Assembly (NCBI GenBank): GCA_053919585.1
Contig: CM132793.1
Length of the DNA: 64,000 nt
Source of the DNA: Euprymna scolopes
Lineage: Eukaryota
Strand: one strand, 5' to 3'
This document shows, piece after piece, positions 39,141-49,512 of this stretch; position 1 is the first letter of the stretch, and each line of letters begins with the position of its first letter. The notes under the pieces were generated by a model that did no database searches, was not told where the DNA came from, and was given only the letters and a program-made list of their open reading frames with translations. Position numbers and translations under genes: made by a program.

Positions 39141-39224
39141 AGTTACATCAGTGTCAGTGCGGTTTAGAAAATATTTACAAAAGTCTATGTGATCATTGAT
39201 AAGTGTCATTGATAGAATACTTTA

Positions 39225-41208
39225 TCAATCGGAGTCACTGAGCACTTCTTCACATTCTAAAAATAGCTGTGACGTCGGCCCTCGTCCGTTGATTTGTCGT
39301 TGGTATATTGCTAATGTGTAGTTTATTATGTTTTTTTTTTTTTGTTTTTTTTGGTGTGACGAAGTCGTCCTCCTCCGGTTCTTCTGTTTCTGAGTCGCTG
39401 AGCACTATTACTCCGGAGATTGGCGAGTCCTCTATTACTGTGTCTTGAGACATGGTGGGTGCTGAGGGGCTGGGTTGGTTTGTTGCTGTAGGACATCTGT
39501 GTGCCTTGCAACCGTGGGTTTTACAGTACTGCGTCGGCTGGTTTTCGTCAATTTCACATGCCTCAGTCATCCAGTCCTCGACGTCGGAATCGTCTGAGAT
39601 ACGCAGGTTTTGTACCTCCTCTCCTCCCATGAGTTCTTTGAACAGTTGTCTTCGTGCCTTCATGTAACCCGCCTGTTTGTCTGGTGACAGGCCCTCTACT
39701 GCTTGGACAGTGAAGTTGGTCGATGCTGCTGGTTCCTCGATGTCTTCTTCCTCCTGGAATTGGTACGTCTGGTTCGTGTAGTCCATCACGTACTGTCTCC
39801 AGACGGTCAGCCACATTGTCGGATTGAGTTCTCGGACTCCCCATCCCTTTAGGGCAGGCATGGGCCTCTTCGTCTCGTAGAGGAACATTCGGTTGTGCAT
39901 TGCTGTTCTTTCCTGCGGGACGTGTCTCCAGGGGTCGTCGTTACTTGTAGACAGGCATGGTGTCCTCTCTAAGTATCGTTCCGCCTGGTGCTTCACGTTT
40001 ACCGCTGTTGTGGTACCTTCCAGGATGCACTTTCCCTCCTCTACATTTTGTGGTGTGAACCACATTTCGTCCGTGTAGATCAGTGTCTTGTCCACACAGG
40101 AGCCGAACGTGAAGTTGTCCGAAGCCTGACACCGCATTCGACCGCAGTTCATGAGCCCGTTTCTGATTGACCGTAACACGTAAGACTTGCCTGAGTTACT
40201 TGGTCCTGTTATGTGGAACCCGTTCTTTTTGGCCCATATCATGTGACATACTTCGAATAAGTTTCTTCCGAATTCTACCGGGTCAAAGTTGTGGTGTTGG
40301 GCCCAAACGTTGTATATGTCCAATGACTTTTGCACAGACCAATACCGGTTCCCGTCCATGCTGAAGAGGTCCTTCTTTTGCCGGATCTGTTCGAATATGG
40401 GTGTGACCTTTGTTTGGATTTGTAGGTCGCTTGCCGCTGCCTGCATGATCGGTTGAATGTTTTGGGTATTGGTAAATATGTGTTCCCATGTGTCACAGAC
40501 CTTTGCATTTGTGGATTGTTTACAGTAGAGCATGACTTTTGCCATGTCAGTACTGTTACATTTTCTCATTATATCGAGAATGAATTTATATTTTTGCCCT
40601 CTCAGGGTAGATTTTCCAGTGAGTCCTGTGTCTACCGCGGGTTCGTCCTGTTTCTTTAAGGGCTTGTCGCATATTTTTCTGTAGGTCGCTAGTTGACCGG
40701 GAGTTTCTAGGTGCCCTGCTGCTACTACTGTACGTTTTGACGGGTCCTGTGTTAGGTAACTGCAGAGCCCGTACGGGTTGTAAATTTTCTGGCATGAGAT
40801 TTGGTAGGGGTTTATCTGTCACTCGCCCTGGAGTTTTTTCATTTGCACGTAACTGTGCTCGCATGTCGGGTGGTTGTGGTGCCATGTTATCATGTGGAAG
40901 TGGTCCACGTCTGCGCAATGTTTCAAACTGCTTGGCCCTGCTACGTGGTATACTATTATGTATGGGCGCTGGTCTAGAATTCTGGCCAAGTACCCGTGGG
41001 TAGCGTTCGATGGCTGTAACGTTAGCGCCTCTTGGTAAGGTTTGGTCTCTGTCGTCCCCGGCTTAAGGCTGAACTCCTTTTCGGTTTCCCAGCGGTAGAT
41101 CCATGTGTACGGTCGGATTTGTTTGCCGTTTACAGTTTCTCCGTTGACTAAGGTATTGAAATGTTGTTGTTCTTCTCTTTGGTTGCTGGCGCTGGTCGTG
41201 GCTTCCAT
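39225..41208 (-). pseudogene. NS1: NS1 lineage B, full length with a frameshift near 40830
   Basis: DHFHMITW, GPSNSGKS, LIYTDE; ORF pieces 40819-41208 and 39250-40569. Confidence 0.9.
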
Positions 41209-41440
41209 CCTGAATGTCTGGAGCGTGTGCCTGATCGGTGGTTTATGTGCGTCTTTTATAGCAAGTATCTGCGTCGTAAGAATTAGAATCTGTTGCCGGT
41301 TTTGTAATTATCTCTGGTAGTAATTGAATTATGCTGACGTTGATGAATTTCGAAAATAGCTAATTGATTTTAGCTGACGCCTCGGAATTTAAAAAAGTAT
41401 ATATTTTGCTTACCGAGCGTTTAGTGTCTGTAGCTCCACC

Positions 41441-43288
41441 CTATTTGTTTACGAAACGCCCATAAGGCATGCCGAATATTTGACCGTTGTGGTCCCATAT
41501 GTGTGTGCCGTGATTATGAAGCATTCCTTTTGCTGATTGGCCGTGGAAATGTCTATTGGGCGGTACAATGGTGTGGTATTCGTAACTGAAGTCCGCCGAT
41601 GTTGCTGATAGTGCTTGTTTGTGGGTGGTGACTGGGACCTTCTGCGGGTGGATAAGTGCGTCACAGACTATTTCAATTTCTAGCATGTAAGTTAATTCGA
41701 AGTTGAAATATAAAATACCGGCGGTGCTGTTCGGGCGCAGTATAGGCGGAACATGTATTAGTACCATGTCTGGTGAGTCCTCGTTTGTGTAGAGCACCTT
41801 GTTAATCACTGTTCTGTCAGACATTGTTGTGCAACCGCTTGTTTGTATGTAAGTTGTCGCTCCGATGTCCACTTTTCCACTGTCCTTCTTCCCGGCGTCG
41901 CTCGTGTTTGTTTTTCTTCCTCTTTGGTGATCGAAGTTTAAGTCCGACACCTCTGTTTGTACTAGGTCCTCCTGCACTTCCTTACGTTGACGTTTTCGTG
42001 CACCCTGGCGGACGTTGTCCTCAGCTTTTCTCAGTATGGTACCGTAGGCCGGCGCGGTCGCTACCGATAAACCGCAGTCCCAGGCCGTTTTGACTCCCGA
42101 ATTTAACAGGTTAGTGATTAGTACCGGGTTTGATATCATACCTGCCTGTATTGTGTAGTTGCCCTGCATGGTAGTGTTGGTTAGTGGTCGTCTTAGTAAA
42201 CTGTGGTTTCGCCATACGTGTGTGAATGAGTCACCCTGTCGTAAGTTTTTTACGTTTGGCATTTCTCGCCAGTCGTGCAAGTCGATCATTTTCACCTGTG
42301 TTTTGTTTACTGAGTCCGAGAAGTTTCCAGTGTTTGTGATCGCATTGATTAGTTCGATCGGTGCCATGTAATTGTATGTGTAGGTTGGTAACTCTGCGTC
42401 TGCCCCTACCATGGGTTGGATTTCTGAGAAACCTTTGTTTGGGATTTTAGATATTCCTTCCAAGTTTCCGTAACCGATATATGAACCGTTGTCGATGTAG
42501 ATGTCGAAGTAGGGTTCTGGGTTTGGTACGAAGACTTCCTCGTTGTTTTTTGTCAGCCATTCACCGCATGTTATTTTCGATATTTTAAATCCTTGGCTGA
42601 CGATCCTGTACGCTGTCGCGTTTGACATTATCGCTTCCCATTTCGGCGGAGTTACCCAGGTAGTTAGGAAGTAGGGTACTATGTAGTCTTTCGATACCGG
42701 CTGTGACCATGAAAACCGGGCTGCTCCGTGTATGCCTTCCTTTGGGTCAGTGTCGTAGATCTGGAATATAGCTGCGCAATCATTCATGTTTGTCGTTTTG
42801 ACCTGGTTTTTGAAGCTCCTCTGTAAAACTACTCGTCTTACGTTGTTGTTAGTAATGGTTGGTAGCTCTCCTCCCTCCTCATTTCCTCCCCACGCTCCGC
42901 TGCCGTTGTCGTTCGCGACAGTGCTCGCCTCCGAATCGACTTCCATACCTGCTTCGCAGCTAGCAGTGTAAGTAGGATCAAGTTTAATTCGTTTAGGTGG
43001 GGGATCGAAGTAGTCGTCCAGTCCCAGGTAATGCTTTGCTCTGAGTGCCCCTCGCGATAAAGCTCCCAACAGACCTGTTCCAACAGAGTCCTTGTAGAAT
43101 TGGTCATCTGCTTCTTTGGTCTTGCCTTTTCCGTAGTTGAAATCGTGTCTTTTTGCTGCCCAGTCCAAACGATTTAGGGGAGGCAGGTATTTTTTGTAAT
43201 CGAGGTCAGTACCAGGCCCTAGGAACCTGTGGTACGGTACCGTCCACTCCGACCTCCTCGCTTTCTTCTGGTGTCTTACCGGTGGCAT
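41441..43288 (-). CDS. VP1: Capsid protein lineage B, open 615 aa, N-terminal PLA2
   Basis: FLGPG...LDWAAKRHDFNY...ADDQF; collinear with VP-A. Confidence 0.92.
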   Translation of the reverse strand: MPPVRHQKKARRSEWTVPYHRFLGPGTDLDYKKYLPPLNRLDWAAKRHDFNYGKGKTKEADDQFYKDSVGTGLLGALSRGALRAKHYLGLDDYFDPPPKRIKLDPTYTASCEAGMEVDSEASTVANDNGSGAWGGNEEGGELPTITNNNVRRVVLQRSFKNQVKTTNMNDCAAIFQIYDTDPKEGIHGAARFSWSQPVSKDYIVPYFLTTWVTPPKWEAIMSNATAYRIVSQGFKISKITCGEWLTKNNEEVFVPNPEPYFDIYIDNGSYIGYGNLEGISKIPNKGFSEIQPMVGADAELPTYTYNYMAPIELINAITNTGNFSDSVNKTQVKMIDLHDWREMPNVKNLRQGDSFTHVWRNHSLLRRPLTNTTMQGNYTIQAGMISNPVLITNLLNSGVKTAWDCGLSVATAPAYGTILRKAEDNVRQGARKRQRKEVQEDLVQTEVSDLNFDHQRGRKTNTSDAGKKDSGKVDIGATTYIQTSGCTTMSDRTVINKVLYTNEDSPDMVLIHVPPILRPNSTAGILYFNFELTYMLEIEIVCDALIHPQKVPVTTHKQALSATSADFSYEYHTIVPPNRHFHGQSAKGMLHNHGTHIWDHNGQIFGMPYGRFVNK

Positions 43289-43304
43289 TGTGGTTATATA
43301 TGTT

Positions 43305-43360
43305 GTAATTGCGTCATTTCTATTTATAGATTACGATTATTGCGTCATTATGACGTCATC
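43305..43360 (-). promoter_or_regulatory. VP promoter: TATA/MEF2-like CTATAAATAG with TGACGCAAT and TGACGTCA sites
   Basis: ATCTATAAATAGA.ATGACGCAAT is conserved between lineage B and lineage A/A' (35594-35617). Confidence 0.6.
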
Positions 43361-43384
43361 ATTAGTGAAAATATTATATTAGTC

Positions 43385-43573
43385 GCAGCAATGAAGTAGT
43401 GGCACTACCCAAATTATTTAGCAGTCACAGGTCTGACGTGCAAACCTCTCGTAATTTCATCAGTCACTGATGAATACGATACAATAATCCGTGACTGATG
43501 AAATTACGAGAGGTTTGCACGTCAGACCTGTGACTGCTAAATAATTTGGGTAGTGCCACTACTTCATTGCTGC
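43385..43573. repeat. Terminal hairpin H2 of virus B (83-bp arms, 23-nt loop); copy at 57370-57558
   Basis: Arms 43385-43467 and 43491-43573 are reverse complements. Confidence 0.93.
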
Positions 43574-45083
43574 CCGGTCTGAGGAAGTCGTACCCTGGTA
43601 CAGTGAATTCTAACTTGGTCCGACGTCGCTTTCGCGGTGGAGGCATACTGCGTTGGTTTCATGCTGTATGTGTTTATATATTACTAAGTAGGTCAACATC
43701 TGTGACTATTGCGTCATGTCTATTTATAGATGTGATAATATTTTATTTATACCTAATATCTGGTTTCTAGTAATGGCACTATTACTTTTACATTGATCGA
43801 TCTAATGTATGGAGTGCAACGACTACACGACACTACCAGTGAAAAAGAAAATACAATACCAGACTGGTAGTGTTGTGTAGTCGTTGCACTCCATACATTA
43901 GATCGAACAATGTAAAAGTAAAAGTGCCATTACTAGAAACATTAGATCGATCCATGTAAAAGTAATAGTGCCACATTAGGGGATTTAATTCCAGTGTTCC
44001 CCATTCTTGTAGGTCGTCCATTGCTGTTCTGGTTGTGAAGAGGAACATTCGGTTTATCATTGCCTGTTTTTCGTTTGCTACGTGATGCCACGGCTTGTCG
44101 TTGCTCGTGGACAGGCATGGAGTTCGTTTTAGTATTCGCTCACTCTGGTGCTTGACATTTACGTAGGTGTCAGTGCCCTCAAGGATACACTTTGCCTCCT
44201 CTACGTTCTGTGGCGTAAACCACAGCTCCTCCATAAATATCAAGCTCTTGTCGACGCAGCTTCCGAAGGTGAAGTTGTCGCTTGCCTGACAGCGCATGCG
44301 ACCTGCATTCATTAAACCGTTTCTTATGCTTCGTAGTATATATGATTTCCCCGAGTTAGACGGCCCCGTGATGTGTAGCGCGGTTTTTTTTTTTCTGACG
44401 TATTTTGTGACATACCTCGAACGTACTAGTAGCGAACTCGTCGGCATCAATGTGGTGATAAGTCAGCCATTCGTCGTATATGTCCAGGGATTTCTGGACG
44501 GGCCAGTATTGATGCGTCATGGCTGAGAATAGCTCGTGTTTTTCACATATCTGTTCATGGATTGGTGTCACGTTTAATGGTGGGGTGTGTGGCGTAGTTC
44601 ATATTTTTTTAAAAATCTCTTATAAGGTTTAGAATAAAATAGAATACGTGAGAATTGGGCTGATAGCTGGCCGTATTGGTGCCTACATTACTTCCTCCTT
44701 ACCTTATATGATTGAATCCTTTTTGATTGCGTGTGTGCCTAAAACTTTGATTCATCCCAGGTCAGGTGTCATGGCCGCCGAAAAAGTTTCTTTCCTCTCA
44801 GGTCAGGTCTTCTTCTGAAAATAACTATTACATGCTTGTACCATGCTTATACATGCAAATATCATGCCATACATGCGATCGAAATTCCAATATATATAAT
44901 ACATACTCCAATATAATATTTAATATAGTTTATTATAGTAATGAATCGTACAATAGAAAAGATAGTTTTTAATTCGTTAGTATACAATGTGTGTGTTAGT
45001 AGTAATAGTAGGTCGCACCAGACCTTAGAGTGTAGAAAGTTTTTGTCCGCCATCTTGCCAGACCTTAGATACTTAAATTAACA
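43571..45083. repeat. Module M2
   Basis: Copy of M1 that lacks the 28-bp deletion. Confidence 0.92.
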
Positions 45084-45527
45084 TAAACGTTTAATGGTGG
45101 AGGGGGGGCACCCTACATAGAGATTTTTTTATTTTCTCTGACAGGTTTTGAATAAAATAGAATACGGGAGAATTGGACTTATCTAAGTTGCCACTTAGTG
45201 CCATGCTCTAATACCTTACCTTATAGAGTTTATAGAAATATAATGCGCGCGCGCGTAGAAAAACTTTCATTCATCTAATGTCTGGTGGTTCTGAAAAATA
45301 ATTTCATGCATCTCATGTCATGCAGAAGGAAAAATATTAAAATACAAACACATGTATGGTATTATATATATATATATATGTTTATTATACAATAATATTG
45401 CAATTACAATAATAATTCCAATAATAATAGTAATAATAATACAAAGAACAGACATTAGATAGGAAAAAGTTTTTTGGCGGCCATGACACCTTAGACTTAG
45501 ACCATAGATTAATTTCTTTTTTATCAG

Positions 45528-47501
45528 TCAGAGTCTGTCAGCAATTCCTCGCAGTACATTACCAATGTCTGCAAGGATTTTGTGTGTTTGTGCGTTATGT
45601 GTATGCGTGTGTGCAGTTCTCTGTCCCGTATTAATGTGAACTCGTTGATGTTTTTTTTTTTTTTTTTTTTTTTCGTCGTTGTTCTCTTTGTCGTCATCGC
45701 TGTCAGTTATTATGATCAAGTCTGTACTGTCTGTGTCTGGTGGCGCCGACGGCGAATTACTATTTGTCATCATTTCCTCTAAGTCAGAGTCTGTGAATGG
45801 TACTGTGTCCTCGGAGTCGTTTGGTGGCGTCGGACAGTTTATGGGATGTCCGTGTGTCAAACATACCTGGGCTGGCTGGTCTGGATCTAGGATGCACTGC
45901 TCGTTCATTTCAGGCAGTAAGTTGCGCCGCACGTCTCGTACTCGTAGTTTCTTCGAAGGACTGTGTTCGTCCTCCTCCTTCCACGTGTATCTTGATGAAG
46001 GTTTTGGTTGTGCGGTCAATTTTCCTGCCTTCGGGATGTAACCGTCTCGCTGGTAGTCCGTGATGTGTTTCCGCCATATTGTCAGCCACATCAGCGGGTT
46101 GAGTTCTAACGTTCCCCATCCCTTTAGGTCGTCCATCGCTGTTCGGGTTGTAAACAGGAACATCCTGTTGATCATGGCCTGTTTTTCGTTGGCCACGTGA
46201 CGCCATGGTTCGTCGTTGCTGGTGGACAAGCAGGGCGTGCGTTTTAGGATTCGCTCGCTCTGGTGCTTCACGTTCACGTAGGTGTCCGTTCCTTCTAGGA
46301 TGCACTTGGCTTCCTCGACGTTCTGTGGCGTGAACCACATTTCTTCCGTAAATATGAGGCTCTTGTCTACGCAGCTGCCGAAAGTGAAGTTGTCACTCGC
46401 CTGGCATCTCATTCTTCCCGCGTTCATCAGACCGTTTCTGATGCTGCGAAGGATGTATGATTTTCCCGAATTTGATGGTCCGGTGATGTGTAGAGCATTT
46501 TTCTTGGGCCTTATTTTGTGGCAAACCTCGAACGTCCCCGTTGCGAACTCGTCGGCGTCGATCTGGTGGTACTCCAGCCATTCGTCGTAGATGTCTAGCG
46601 ACTTTTGTACCGGCCAGTACTGGTGTGTCATAGCCGAGAATAGCTCGTGTTTCTCACGAATCTGTTCGTGGATCGGCGTGACCCGGCTCTGTATTTGGAC
46701 GTCCGTAGCTGCAGCGGCTATGATGTTCGATAGGTTTGCCGTGTTTTTATGTATGCTCGCCCAGGTCTGTCTCGTCGACGGTTTTGCCGCCCTAGCGCAG
46801 TAAATCATCAGGTCTCCGACGTCCGTGGAATTCGCCTTCTTCATGATTTTTGTGAGAAAGTCGTATTTTTGACCTCTCAGGCTGTCTGATTTGTTGGCTA
46901 GGCGCGATTCCTCGAGTTCCGGACTTGGCTCCCTGATGGTCTTCTCCGTTAGTTTCCGTAGCATAGCCAGTTGTCGTTCTGTCGTCAGGTTACCCGCCGA
47001 TAGCACCGTTCTGATGCTCGGATCCGTCGTCAAGTACGTGCAAAGCCCGTAAGGACTGTATACCTTTGGACACGTCATGGTATACGCCTGTTCCCCTCGG
47101 TCCTGCAGCGTCCTCTTCAAGCGACTGAATCCATACTCGCTGGTCGGATGCTCGAAATGCCAACTGATGACGTGGAAATGGTCCACGTCTGAGCAGTTTT
47201 TCAGTCGGCTCGGTCCTGCTTTGTGGTAGACTACAATGTTCGGCCTTTGGTCGAGCAGGTTCGCCAGCAGTGAGTTTTCGCGGTCTGTCTCCTGGAAGGT
47301 GCAAGCTTTTCGGAAGGGTGGTATGTGAGGTTGGTCAGGCTTTACGTCAAAGGAGTTTGTCCGTCGCCATCTGTAGACCCAAGTGTATGGAGTGAGTTTG
47401 CGTCCGGCGTGGGTGTTGGAAAGGATGTAGTCGTTGAAGCGGGCCTTCTCCTCGTGTTGTGTCGCTGCCTCCATCGTCGCTGTCTGAGGTATCGTTCCCA
47501 A
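45528..47501 (-). CDS. NS1: NS1-A, open ORF (probable ATG at 47474, MEAATQ)
   Basis: HUH and SF3 motifs intact; the called start is TTG; the C-terminal frame depends on poly-A length. Confidence 0.92.
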   Translation of the reverse strand: MGTIPQTATMEAATQHEEKARFNDYILSNTHAGRKLTPYTWVYRWRRTNSFDVKPDQPHIPPFRKACTFQETDRENSLLANLLDQRPNIVVYHKAGPSRLKNCSDVDHFHVISWHFEHPTSEYGFSRLKRTLQDRGEQAYTMTCPKVYSPYGLCTYLTTDPSIRTVLSAGNLTTERQLAMLRKLTEKTIREPSPELEESRLANKSDSLRGQKYDFLTKIMKKANSTDVGDLMIYCARAAKPSTRQTWASIHKNTANLSNIIAAAATDVQIQSRVTPIHEQIREKHELFSAMTHQYWPVQKSLDIYDEWLEYHQIDADEFATGTFEVCHKIRPKKNALHITGPSNSGKSYILRSIRNGLMNAGRMRCQASDNFTFGSCVDKSLIFTEEMWFTPQNVEEAKCILEGTDTYVNVKHQSERILKRTPCLSTSNDEPWRHVANEKQAMINRMFLFTTRTAMDDLKGWGTLELNPLMWLTIWRKHITDYQRDGYIPKAGKLTAQPKPSSRYTWKEEDEHSPSKKLRVRDVRRNLLPEMNEQCILDPDQPAQVCLTHGHPINCPTPPNDSEDTVPFTDSDLEEMMTNSNSPSAPPDTDSTDLIIITDSDDDKENNDEKKKKKKKHQRVHINTGQRTAHTHTHNAQTHKILADIGNVLRGIADRL

Positions 47502-47658
47502 GCCGTCCTATTTATAATGGTTTTTCCCTTAGGTCTGCACATTCTTGCAGGATCAAATTTCGCTGACTGTGCGAATGGGATATGTGTGGCGTAAATGTGA
47601 TTTTGCTGACGCGGTTTAAATTTTATCGTAGTCAGCGTTTTTTTTAGGGCGTGTCCTG

Positions 47659-49512
47659 TTACTTGTTCACGAACTTGCCGTGGTTGTAGCCAATCGTTAC
47701 ACCCGTGTGGGTGTCTTTTGCGATGTATGTGCCGTGTCCATGTAACATCCCTTTGGGGATCTGTCCGTGGAGGTGTCTGTTCGGTGCGACTATGTTGTGC
47801 AATTCGTAGTGCCAGTCGTCGTCCACACCTATCAGTGCACAATTGTGGTCGTTTACAGGAAGTTTGCTCGGATGTTTGTAAGATTCGTACCAAATCTCTA
47901 ATTCAACCATGTATGTGAGTTCGAACGTGAAATATAGTATTCCAGGTGACCCCGATGGCCGCATGATTTCTGGTACGTTGATTAGTATCATTTGTGGCGG
48001 GTCCTCCGACGTATATAGTGATTTGTTAATAACTGTCCTGTTTGCCACTGTGAAACTTCCACCTGTTTGTATGTACCCCGTACGTGCTCCGTGGTATATG
48101 TCTTTGTTTTTACTGCGTTGTTTCTTTGCGTCCTTCGGTGTTGTGTTCGCTTTACGTCCTTTCATGTGGTCAAAGTTGACGTCTGCAACCTCTGTCTGCA
48201 CCAAGTCCTCATGTAGTTCTGCTCGTCCTCTCTTTCGTGCTGCCCCGTGTGCTAAGTTGTCCTCTGCATGTTGTGCTAATGTTCCGTAGCATGGTGCTGT
48301 TGCCACTGCCACCCCTCCGTCCCATGCAGTCTTTTGGCCGTTGTGAATTGCGTTTTCCATCAGACTCGCTCCTGACAGCAGCGCACCCTGTACGGTGTAG
48401 TTACCCTCGCTCATTATGTTTGTTAGCGGACGTTTTAGTAGGCTTGAATTATCCCACTTATGCGAGAAGCTGTCGCCCTGGCGTATTTGGTAATGCGGCT
48501 GGTCACGCCAATCGTGTAGCTTGTACATACTGACATCACACGTTGTGTTGGTACCGTCAATTTTTTTACTCACTGGTAGTTTGCTTAGTAGCCGTACCGG
48601 AATTCTGTAGTTGTAGATGTAGTGCGGTAGTTCCGCCGATGCGCCGGTCGATGGCTGTATATCCTGGAATGTGTTATTTGGAATGCAGGTTAGACCCTCT
48701 AGGTTACCGTAACCGATGTATTGGCCCTTGTCGATGTACACCTGGAACCATGGCTGGGGATTTGGCACGAATACCTCCTCGTTGTTTTTGGTTAACCACT
48801 CTCCGCATATGACGTTCTTTATCTCGCAACCTATGCTCTTTACTCTGTATGCGGTTGCAGTGTTCATCAAGTGTTCCCATTGGTTCTGCTTTACCCATGT
48901 CGTTAGGAAGTATGGTACTATGTAGTCCTTTGATACCGGTTGGGCCCACGCGTATTCTCCTATGTCCTCGTATTTACCAGTCGATTCGTATTTGTGGAAC
49001 GTTGCTTTGCATGCGTTCATGTTTGAAGTTTGGATTAAGTTTCTGAAAGTTCTTTTGACTGTGTACGTGCGCTGGACGTTTCCAGTTTCTGTTTGGATGT
49101 GCGGCCCATAGTGGATACCTTCCCATCCGTTCGATCCGGATTCCGTCGACGTTTCAGCAGCACCTTCGTCCATTTGCGTCCCAGGTATATTGTCAGTGCT
49201 ATCAGCAGCAACCACGGTGGGATCACCTCGGAAATAACTGTCCAATCCAAGTGCGTGTTTTGCCTTAATAGCGGTCCTAGCGATACCTCCGATGATTCCA
49301 GTGCCCTCGGTGTTTTTGATGAATTCTTCATCCGCTTCCTCTGTACTTATGCTCGGGCCTCCGTATGCTATATCGTGTTGTTTCGCCGCTAGGTCTAGTT
49401 TGTTACGCGGGGTGAACTTAAATTTTTTGGTGTCGGTGCCCGGTCCGAGGAAGTCGTATCCAGGTACAGTGAATTCTAACTTGGTCCGACGTCGCTTTCG
49501 CGGTGGAGGCAT
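47659..49512 (-). CDS. VP1: Capsid protein A, open 617 aa with NLS and PLA2
   Basis: MPPPRKRRR; PGYDFLGPG calcium loop; DLAAKQHDIAY and ADEEF catalytic motifs. Confidence 0.93.
   Translation of the reverse strand: MPPPRKRRRTKLEFTVPGYDFLGPGTDTKKFKFTPRNKLDLAAKQHDIAYGGPSISTEEADEEFIKNTEGTGIIGGIARTAIKAKHALGLDSYFRGDPTVVAADSTDNIPGTQMDEGAAETSTESGSNGWEGIHYGPHIQTETGNVQRTYTVKRTFRNLIQTSNMNACKATFHKYESTGKYEDIGEYAWAQPVSKDYIVPYFLTTWVKQNQWEHLMNTATAYRVKSIGCEIKNVICGEWLTKNNEEVFVPNPQPWFQVYIDKGQYIGYGNLEGLTCIPNNTFQDIQPSTGASAELPHYIYNYRIPVRLLSKLPVSKKIDGTNTTCDVSMYKLHDWRDQPHYQIRQGDSFSHKWDNSSLLKRPLTNIMSEGNYTVQGALLSGASLMENAIHNGQKTAWDGGVAVATAPCYGTLAQHAEDNLAHGAARKRGRAELHEDLVQTEVADVNFDHMKGRKANTTPKDAKKQRSKNKDIYHGARTGYIQTGGSFTVANRTVINKSLYTSEDPPQMILINVPEIMRPSGSPGILYFTFELTYMVELEIWYESYKHPSKLPVNDHNCALIGVDDDWHYELHNIVAPNRHLHGQIPKGMLHGHGTYIAKDTHTGVTIGYNHGKFVNK

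Noticed and set aside
43833-43975. Novel hydrophobic C-terminus on the NS1 fragment (HYYFYMDRS...)
   Set aside because: Read-through into hairpin H1 across a chimeric junction
45910-46338. Overlapping 142-aa ORF inside NS1 (NS2-like)
   Set aside because: Open in A-type copies but broken in lineage B; can arise from codon bias, so unsupported
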